IMG/VR virus record: IMGVR_UViG_3300006092_000059
Span: 1-12,515 of that record
DNA length: 12,515 bases
From: a virus
Taxonomy: Duplodnaviria; Heunggongvirae; Uroviricota; Caudoviricetes
Reading direction: 5' to 3' (one strand)
The stretch's first letter is position 1. The number at the start of each line of letters is the position of its first letter. The notes below the pieces were generated by a model, which saw only the letters and a list, made by a program, of their open reading frames with translations, had not been told where the DNA came from and made no database searches. The position numbers and the translations under genes are program-made. Positions 9,001-12,515 of the stretch are shown here, piece after piece.

Positions 9001-11714
9001 TAGTATGGAAAGGTGAGAAGATTTCTACATTGGATAAACTTAATAGTTTATTAAAGAATGAAGAATTTGTTCAAGCAAATGAAGATAAACTTACTATAGT
9101 AGGTGTGCGTATTCCTGTACAAGGAGCTAACTCTATGGTAAATGGAATAGTTCAAGAATTTTTACCAGAAGAAACTGGTAGTCTAATTGTATTGCCTACT
9201 GAGATTACAGCTATTGCAGGATCTGACTTCGATATTGATAAATTAAGTATGTATACTCCTAACTTTAAAAAGAATGGAGAATTACATAAAATTCTTACTG
9301 AAGAAGAAAAGACTAAAATAAAAACAAAAATAACTGATATTTACAATGAGTTGTTTGAATATATAAATATGCCAATAGATGAATCTAAAGGTAGAAAAGT
9401 ATTCAGAGATAGTATTAATCATTTTCTTGAAGAACAAGAAGGATATGGTCTTTCTTATAAAGAAAAAGTAGATGGATTAAAAGAATTCATAAGAAGTGAA
9501 ATACTTAATTATACTCCAAATGATGCTTATCAAGCATTTGACTTTATGTTATTTGGAAGTTTTGTAGAAAGAATTTCTGATGATATAGAAGATTTATATG
9601 ATGATCTTCATAATAGTGATAAGTATGCACTTCAAAACCAATTGATAAGTATTACTAGTAGAGTATTGAGTTTACCAAAGATGTTTGAATCTTTAACAAC
9701 TCCTAACTCTAATAGTATTCTTGAGCCTCTTGCTGAAGAAATGAATTCTATTTTCCATTACTCACGTAAGATGGATTTCTCAAAAGTATTGGGTTATCCT
9801 GAACAATTAAACCAATTTGAAGCCAATCTTGTGGGTAAAGCAACATTAGGTATTGCAGCTGTTCATAATACATTTGGGCAGTTATTAAAGCAACATAATG
9901 TTTACTTAAATAGACAATATTTTATTGAGGAAAAAACAGCTTATGGTAGAGTAAAAACTAAGAAAGTTCCAGTAATAAGATTAAAACATAATACTGTAAT
10001 TGTAGATGGTAAATCTCATATTAGTTTAGCTAAGATTAAAGATGCTAATAATGAACATAAAATAAGTGAGGTTATTTCTCAGTTTATAAATGGATATGTG
10101 GATGTAGCTAAAGGTGCATGGGTGTTTTGGTTAAATGCTACTTATGAAGCTGCTCCTGTAATGTTTTATTTAAATCATGCTGGAGTTCCTATAAAAGAAA
10201 ATATCTATTTAATTAATCAACCTATTATTAGAGATTACTTAAGATATAAGAAATTTCAGAAATTTATTGCTGGTAGAGCTATAGATAGTTTTTATCAGAC
10301 TTTATATCCAAGTAAAATTAGTGAATTGTTATTTACTGATTATCTTGGAAGTTATAGTAAAAGTACTGTTACTAAATTGAATCTGTTTTCAGATAAGAAT
10401 TCTAAAATTTTCTCTGAAGAGAATCTATATAAGAATGTAAAAGAAGCTAAGCAATTAGAAGATCTTACTCCTGAAGAAAGACATGAGCAAGCTGCTATTT
10501 TAGCACATTATTTAGATCTTGAAGATCAAGCTCAAAACTTAAGACATTTAATGACTTCTCTTAACTTTGACACAAGAAAAATTGGTAGTGTGTTTGAAGC
10601 TTTTGATAAGAATAATGCTTTTGATAGAGTTGTTGAAACAGGAATGTTCCCTAAAGAAAGTATAGAAGCAATTAAACATGATAGTGTAATATCAATGTTG
10701 GATATGAATCCTATTGTAGCTAAGTTGTATCCTAAGTTTTATAAGATTGTAGAAAGTCCAGCTATTAATAATTTTATATCTAAACACATAAAAGATGCTG
10801 ACTTTGGAAAGTCTGATATATTTGAGTCAAGATTTAAGAATGATTTAGTAGGATTTATGTTTAATATGTTTGGTAGAGAGTTAGATAGCCCTACTGGAAT
10901 GTTTGAACCTGGAACTATATTTGATAAGATAGCTCCTCAGTTTAGTGGTAAAATGGTAGAGAGATTAAAGTCTATTAAAAAGGCTCATCCTAATCTATCA
11001 AAAGAACTTCCTATATTAGATTTATTAGTAGGAGATCGAAGCAAAATTAATAGTATCTATAATATTAAACCTAAGAAAGTTTTAAAAGAAACTGTTGATA
11101 TTAACAGTATGATTGAGGATTTTAAAAAAGGATTAGAGTATTCTAAGTTAGATCCTAAGTCTAATACAGATATTCAAGAGTTCTTTAAAGATCTTATTTA
11201 CTTTGGATTTATTCAAAGTGGAGTTAATAAAAACTTTACTGCTTATACTAACTTATTACCAACTGAATCAATATCAAGAATAATTGATAATGCGATTCCT
11301 ATTATGAACAAGTTAATAGAGAAAGATCCTAACTTCTTGACTACTTTTTATATTGCTTATTTTATGAAGAATAACCCATTCTTAGTAAAGAAAGCAGCTT
11401 TAAAAAGAGTAGGATTAATAGAAAGTCATGGAAGAGATGTGTCTGGACATGATATAGTTGAATATCATTACAATAGAGAAGGTTATAGATTCAAATCTAA
11501 TTTAACTATTAATGATAGAATTAAAGATATTCTTGGAGAAGAAGTAACTACTGCAGTTTCTTCTGAAGAAGAAGACCCTTTATATTCATATGAAGATGTT
11601 AATTTTAGTGAAGAGACTTTAGGAGAAGAAGAAAATAATGTATCTTTGAATAAAACAGAAGATTTAACAGATAAGGATATTCCTGATTCAACAATAGATA
11701 GTTGTTCTACATGA
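3..11714 (+). CDS. Giant virion-associated polyprotein: crAss-like (Crassvirales) two-barrel virion DNA-dependent RNA polymerase fused to an N-terminal zincin metallopeptidase and a putative ejection/pilot region; 5'-partial
   Basis: Uninterrupted frame ending in TGA at 11712-11714. The frame is also open upstream of the track's TTG at 33 (3-32 reads VIEQKINDYA, no stop), so the true start lies left of the window and the protein exceeds 3,903 aa. RNAP motifs: VGVRIPVQG (R at 9108) and AGSDFDIDKL (DFDID 9225-9239), plus upstream HKRL (7599), EGDALG (7968-7985), PIKAQY (K 8121) and FDKFALVP (K 8196). Zincin motif YHEAWHGF at 4821-4844. Confidence 0.93.
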   Translation, partial: VIEQKINDYALKYGETPITNDSWGIAKFIQNTLGAQTSEEKAIRELQDERDSKLADIKKTEQELKNIYADSYLQSSLLGNQKAISASKLYNPADAKSLEDIENSTQFLTTFKDASDQQIIDRYKNIGITSTNIDNPAKIKAKQLATKTSEQKFGLFGYSDVSNEENLYNGMMPEIQALSNTINEDKTKLEELQKGYDVNFSVEALNKLKSDGKVLSPEGEKFMDELSLAISVFRDNIKTKEDVKNRFFDILKKNTKNYKGYKDNQELLNYLRNESPFTETTVAGAQEFTTKLAGRLTQFAHLGAAKLSDNEVAAEKIFSERQFFQSYQKLYNGKYTDIGEIPAVQVFDKDGHFNFDADLSALWFQTVKTAGESTILGFSGQAAKLVGKKAIDRAIAKTVLESEFVATIPALQRAGIKGVDYIKTTGLGYVAPSVLMYSPEMINNEMKYKGLTFDQAFKIGVLRAVGQGWTEAMFLNELMIPKFLKGEIAPKQLAKITQEEAFKNAVVNGVEKQIGTKLTDAGYNFIFNPLAKTRLKQFAKGSLVVTTEEGLEEDLGDVWDKMSDKVAETYKAGYESDPLTVESLINTFVQTAATMAFQGVTGGVTKVREFNAVNNYTIDQSKYLVGSSPEIYRNTIKGQLADGTITQEEANRRSAQIDHLVGLYNSNTTTNTKIDDSKLSVLEKNAMKNELFIATLRENELSLVIPRNEKEASKLVQDVEAVFNHKQNLIDAIDNYVSSPEERREKLRVSTESKLFDATYTNKYINGLETKTEVSNIVTKLTRQLEKETSPELQDKITKTIGKLNTRLSQFTEETKPKPTEETFESIVEKISHLPAKAKDAYISMKINELAALSTYTDEKEGALINKLLDYNQTVNDEIVKEDKLAALNLLKEGDPVSYQGKSWTIKSVQDDNITLENQIQGGTETTTISKEDLLGRLKPVEAVAAPVSTLESLNKELQILKQQLTTAKEEEKQQILDGISYVEEEIKDLERTATVVPKYEEGEHIVKTTTNDGGFDDEYDSPRGLTELASLNKERRQNELDPNTSLEVTRTVGINPTTENINDPSLRTRLNVLAVLSKKLEETGNVSFENLDKHGYSLLILSTEDLLKRMFPALTIKTKEDIELYQDALIEQFELERINYWKQNGIGEDKESILVSADKGEILRFSDDGELDPNGRVAYYPIPQIHTAERQYDPDQILTNDKTGFKPGKTLLDKGQNRGIYEASLNVLKQIRAASKPVIYKIKKLSDGVIAKTNFTIGRPNVITFLKRTGLSDVSIYIEQTKEEKSTKQGAAYIMDSKGNKWLLKRPQLNRTGWINAIINMSLPNESISKDALATLKDLGLEEWEERYKYIGKLIYLSNKHTADLGLDISLTKDKKASLIKISERYFNRVKELDPNFNKLSEIENSDGTKTYVLYMDKSYSKDLFSMLLRDQKKLNLIKAPEVGNFNVISFEGGTTTGKFFIADGDTYTSYKDFVFNNFDVFAEPEKSIVELRNAGIKSFPGQYLQLDISDAQLIGEEDKLTGIVKVTPSQDINSLELEMSNLYDNTATAEEKKAAEDWWNSDATKHLRQSISLKKMLTIVNSKSFANFKDWTITLYNASNPTAIYHEAWHGFSQMFLTKRQKTNLYNELRRKSGDAPVIYIKGVKYEKKFSELTDKQAEEVLGEDFRLYAKSGGKISFGKEVAKQTIFGKMWNAIKEWLTGNVSLDEYYRRLYVGDIYNYEPSIDNQMFTSLDKSFDAFYNKNGKAFAKTIGSRQINEFVNVIDNIISQTLQNKGMMHILFSKDQDVVNRNLSRLYKFTQTEIGNKLATLTPDSEEYEDLNILYTNFDRFVTQIHSDQSYLFRNIKIEFDLTDFVESEKIDEDQENKHKISSLNTDEITDDDLVDRDNIVSFAEEGRYSAIEKASNEIIYLIATLPKYINGKLVQDRFGFTKLASFDITWYRLAKELQGVYDVEQMYKKIDQLGDKYPEFKELLKRLPDISNPATDLRQVTLVQQFIIDFSKPLVEMYEGILEKGDEGLTFRNIKSSNKATKTVKKIFTDIFKDIEDSKFVSKTETDQNKLVIPELVKEFAEITSDRDGNEIVELTSNTDKRLEFLKAIGFEFSQITLDSKDFRDSIDAKKVQVKYGKDILNLIFKDLLYLDKMGIEITEPIDQVSSRFKNHKVGNSSYDHKGEAANIEKLLNLEVQATNEYFEDSAINPNGDLVWQTQNYSKITLLYSDLNNTEKYPDYQSIISLPQYYYLDEAKNPGIRHSLILNSMFVLDEDGENFGKRRLDDYKNPVKISLKEIGGLKYREETGITRSSKTTDLSVFDKILYDFNSFVTNGIVEHMRYADKGSAKGTLVPKYISSGTFLPVAITKFSEEKVPVAARKIFELYFKREIDQIKQYYDIEATNPNSIKWYNTNDKLGSQFRIFDNILDQDTKDKLYKSIKSGTDTTTIANSVDLKPHLESFFDRQVAELRARLIKIPAIDNEGITRNFYNSKLGIIESKVGVNYLHFLHAFITNNYIYNIEQMSLLNGDLANFKKANDVHKRLSADSATGTFAFMNNYVQTFLNTLGRGQASILKGKGYTVADRKEDGTYNTAIFTDVVLRSQYTKAYLDEILKSANVDLTADELLTLPVAKATELINSKSNDLKDKTNILTTVLDKYSEITEGDALGLCTLDFYRNFKILIGQWNDVAEKAYHKAILGETLSEDEMYYFVPIKAQYSGPIANSESVFGRYVRIDAFDKFALVPILPSAVKGKPLEVFNNNLVKQGIDYAMFESGSKKSSIVKDGHFNQFYLGDINNRTLNDGTYNINSKFFTYLKEQVYIEPKIKKDIIYATQFNKLFSIDLYEDGKALSPEIEHLNNQYREVRNKLIHNELNRLFRELKVKREGNDFKLQDYSGIASILQKEFALRDLPDNMRDFLVLNSRNELEFSLDSSLSRQQINKILLSIVNNRLVKYKVNGDNYIQTAFTGWDTDNTLKIYEKKEKDGREYITKMQVKVSIGKFKPLLNLVWKGEKISTLDKLNSLLKNEEFVQANEDKLTIVGVRIPVQGANSMVNGIVQEFLPEETGSLIVLPTEITAIAGSDFDIDKLSMYTPNFKKNGELHKILTEEEKTKIKTKITDIYNELFEYINMPIDESKGRKVFRDSINHFLEEQEGYGLSYKEKVDGLKEFIRSEILNYTPNDAYQAFDFMLFGSFVERISDDIEDLYDDLHNSDKYALQNQLISITSRVLSLPKMFESLTTPNSNSILEPLAEEMNSIFHYSRKMDFSKVLGYPEQLNQFEANLVGKATLGIAAVHNTFGQLLKQHNVYLNRQYFIEEKTAYGRVKTKKVPVIRLKHNTVIVDGKSHISLAKIKDANNEHKISEVISQFINGYVDVAKGAWVFWLNATYEAAPVMFYLNHAGVPIKENIYLINQPIIRDYLRYKKFQKFIAGRAIDSFYQTLYPSKISELLFTDYLGSYSKSTVTKLNLFSDKNSKIFSEENLYKNVKEAKQLEDLTPEERHEQAAILAHYLDLEDQAQNLRHLMTSLNFDTRKIGSVFEAFDKNNAFDRVVETGMFPKESIEAIKHDSVISMLDMNPIVAKLYPKFYKIVESPAINNFISKHIKDADFGKSDIFESRFKNDLVGFMFNMFGRELDSPTGMFEPGTIFDKIAPQFSGKMVERLKSIKKAHPNLSKELPILDLLVGDRSKINSIYNIKPKKVLKETVDINSMIEDFKKGLEYSKLDPKSNTDIQEFFKDLIYFGFIQSGVNKNFTAYTNLLPTESISRIIDNAIPIMNKLIEKDPNFLTTFYIAYFMKNNPFLVKKAALKRVGLIESHGRDVSGHDIVEYHYNREGYRFKSNLTINDRIKDILGEEVTTAVSSEEEDPLYSYEDVNFSEETLGEEENNVSLNKTEDLTDKDIPDSTIDSCST
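846..1814 (+). other. Gly/Ala-rich amphipathic helical region, resembling phage internal-virion (ejection/pilot) proteins
   Basis: aa ~272-594 of the track protein: VAGAQEFTTKLAGRLTQFAHLGAA, AFKIGVLRAVGQGWTEAMF, FAKGSLVVTTEEGLEEDLG and the 23-residue uncharged run SLINTFVQTAATMAFQGVTGGVT. Assignment is by recalled pattern resemblance only. Confidence 0.45.
2673..2807 (+). other. Putative small SH3/KOW-like beta-barrel domain within the giant protein
   Basis: LKEGDPVSYQGKSWTIKSVQDDNITLENQIQGGTETTTISKEDLL: a GD-x-V-x-Y-x-G-K-x-W-x-I pattern with alternating beta-strand periodicity, flanked by helical/coiled-coil sequence. Confidence 0.45.
4671..5111 (+). other. Zincin-like metallopeptidase domain (HExxH ... 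E) within the giant protein
   Basis: ITLYNASNPTAIYHEAWHGFSQMFL (HEAWH 4824-4838, aa 1598-1602) preceded by a beta-strand. A downstream helix EEVLGEDF (4983-5006) supplies a candidate third Zn ligand, followed by the amphipathic helix IFGKMWNAIKEWL. Confidence 0.85.
7599..8315 (+). other. RNAP beta-like double-psi barrel region (DPBB-B) with candidate conserved Asp/Lys residues
   Basis: HKRLSADSATG (7599), EGDALGLCTLDFYR (D 7974), YFVPIKAQYSG (K 8121), FDKFALVPI (K 8196) and ESGSKK (8298-8315), in the order expected upstream of the catalytic barrel in single-chain two-barrel polymerases. Residue equivalences are inferred. Confidence 0.6.
9099..9245 (+). other. RNAP catalytic beta-prime-like barrel (DPBB-A): RxP motif and DxDxD Mg-binding loop
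   Basis: VGVRIPVQGANS (R3026 in track numbering) followed 39 codons later by GSDFDIDKL (D3065/D3067/D3069, nt 9225-9239). DFDID is the catalytic motif of crAss-like virion RNAPs, as opposed to NADFDGD of cellular RpoC. Confidence 0.92.
11538..11711 (+). other. Acidic, probably disordered C-terminal tail ending in ...DSCST
   Basis: The last 58 residues contain 19 D/E and only 2 K, with no hydrophobic core pattern. Confidence 0.75.
11711..11714 (+). promoter_or_regulatory. ATGA stop/start overlap (translational coupling) between giant RNAP ORF and zincin ORF
   Basis: ...TCT ACA TGA / ATG AAA TTA... No Shine-Dalgarno-like sequence is visible upstream. Confidence 0.8.
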
Positions 11715-12364
11715 AATTAATAAAACGATACAAAGAGTTTACATTAAGGCTTATAAAGCCACATGTATATATTATAACAGGAAAAAATAGATTTGATATT
11801 GCAATACACTTTTTGAGATCTCAGGAGTGGTATGAATGTTCAAATTCTAAATTTAGAGGTAAATCATTCGATTTATTAGATTATATAGATTGGTATAGTA
11901 AGGAAAGAGGAAATGGAGCTTTTACTTATCCTACTGATTTTATAGGATTTAATCTTACTGATGATATATTTGATAAAGTATATAAACCTGATTTCTACTT
12001 TAACAAATATGATAAAAGAATGATGGAAATATATAGAGATGTAAGAGAACATAATGGAGAAGGAAGATTTACTATTATGGGAGTATTAGAAGGGGATAAA
12101 GAAACTATAGATCATGAGTTGGCACATGCTTATTGGTATCTTTACCCTTCTTATAGAAGAGAAATGCGTAAGTTAATTAAAGAACTTCCTGAAGATATTA
12201 AGTTAAATGTAGAAACAGCATTAGCTAAAAGTATGTATAGTGCTAATGTATTTCCTGATGAAACTCAAGCTTATATAAGTACAGGATTAGGAGATGATAT
12301 GGAAGTTCCAGATAAAATAATTGAACAATTTAAAGAAGTTTTTAATAAATACAATAATATATGA
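11711..12364 (+). CDS. Stand-alone zincin-like (HExxH) putative metallopeptidase, 217 aa, phage hypothetical type
   Basis: ATG at 11711 overlaps the upstream TGA (ATGA), a better start than the track's TTG at 11702. Motif TIDHELAHAYWYL (HELAH 12113-12127) preceded by a beta-strand (FTIMGV), with a candidate third ligand in PDETQAY (E at 12260). Stop TGA at 12362-12364. Confidence 0.8.
   Translation: MKLIKRYKEFTLRLIKPHVYIITGKNRFDIAIHFLRSQEWYECSNSKFRGKSFDLLDYIDWYSKERGNGAFTYPTDFIGFNLTDDIFDKVYKPDFYFNKYDKRMMEIYRDVREHNGEGRFTIMGVLEGDKETIDHELAHAYWYLYPSYRREMRKLIKELPEDIKLNVETALAKSMYSANVFPDETQAYISTGLGDDMEVPDKIIEQFKEVFNKYNNI
12361..12364 (+). promoter_or_regulatory. ATGA stop/start overlap (translational coupling) between zincin ORF and GIY-YIG ORF
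   Basis: ...AAT ATA TGA / ATG AAA TAT... No Shine-Dalgarno-like sequence is visible upstream. Confidence 0.8.
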
Positions 12365-12515
12365 AATATAAAGGTTCTTGCATTTATATTATAAGAAATT
12401 TAGTAAATGGAAAAAGGTATATAGGAAGTACTTCTTCTTTTAATAATAGAAAAGCTGTACATAATTTATTACTTAGAAAAAATAAACATTTTAATAAACA
12501 TTTACAAAGTGCATA
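12361..12515 (+). CDS. GIY-YIG endonuclease (I-TevI/Seg-like homing endonuclease), N-terminal 51 aa, 3'-partial
   Basis: Not in the ORF track. Translates MKYKGSCIYIIRNLVNGKRYIGSTSSFNNRKAVHNLLLRKNKHFNKHLQSA..., with no stop before the window end. It aligns without gaps (offset 3) to the I-TevI catalytic domain as recalled: CIY=GIY, YIG=YVG, F27=F24, catalytic R30=R27, H34=H31, H43=H40, LQ48-49=LQ45-46. The ATG overlaps the upstream TGA. Confidence 0.9.
   Translation, partial: MKYKGSCIYIIRNLVNGKRYIGSTSSFNNRKAVHNLLLRKNKHFNKHLQSA

Noticed and set aside
9099-9245. Cellular rpoC or N4-type (T7-like) virion RNAP
   Set aside because: The motif is DFDID, not NADFDGD, and no RpoC zinc-binding cysteines are present. 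The RxP + DxDxD two-barrel signature is incompatible with the T7-like N4 fold despite the similar protein size.
9843-9998. Intein-like C-terminal motifs (GIAAVHNT, RLKHNT)
   Set aside because: No matching N-terminal Cys/Ser splicing block or LAGLIDADG motifs were recognised. The RNAP moiety already matches the recalled gp66 length, leaving no room for an insertion.
11702-11710. TTG start proposed by the track for the second ORF
   Set aside because: The ATG at 11711 gives the canonical ATGA coupling with the upstream stop. The extra three codons add nothing.
3-12364. Stop-codon reassignment (TAG or TGA), known in some crAss-like phages
   Set aside because: About 3,900 codons read through under the standard code with no in-frame TAG/TGA, and both TGA stops coincide with next-gene ATG overlaps. 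There is no sign of recoding in this window.
1-12515. tRNA, rRNA, CRISPR array, group I intron, promoter or terminator
   Set aside because: The window is entirely covered by overlapping ORFs with no intergenic space. I saw no regular repeats, cloverleaf or GC-rich hairpin with a U-tract, and the RNAP frame is uninterrupted.

Overview
An AT-rich (about 28-29% GC by eye), fully coding, + strand phage operon with three genes joined by ATGA stop/start overlaps. (1) A giant ORF, open through the left edge (>3,900 aa). Its C-terminal ~2,150 aa carry the motifs of the two-barrel (double-psi beta-barrel) virion RNA polymerase of crAss-like phages (Crassvirales; phi14:2 gp66 type): R-I-P-x-Q followed by the catalytic DFDID. 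N-terminal to the polymerase, in the same reading frame, lie a Gly/Ala-rich amphipathic region resembling phage ejection/pilot proteins, a small SH3/KOW-like motif and an intact-looking HExxH zincin domain. (2) A 217-aa stand-alone HExxH zincin-like protein. (3) The first 51 codons of an I-TevI-like GIY-YIG endonuclease that the ORF track missed, cut by the right edge. The main points of interest are the apparent ejection protein-protease-RNAP polyprotein, the two metallopeptidase motifs flanking the polymerase, only two Cys in about 3,900 aa (reminiscent of the unrelated, Cys-free N4 virion RNAP), two strongly acidic segments and a strong CpG depletion. All assignments come from motif recognition by eye; no searches were run.
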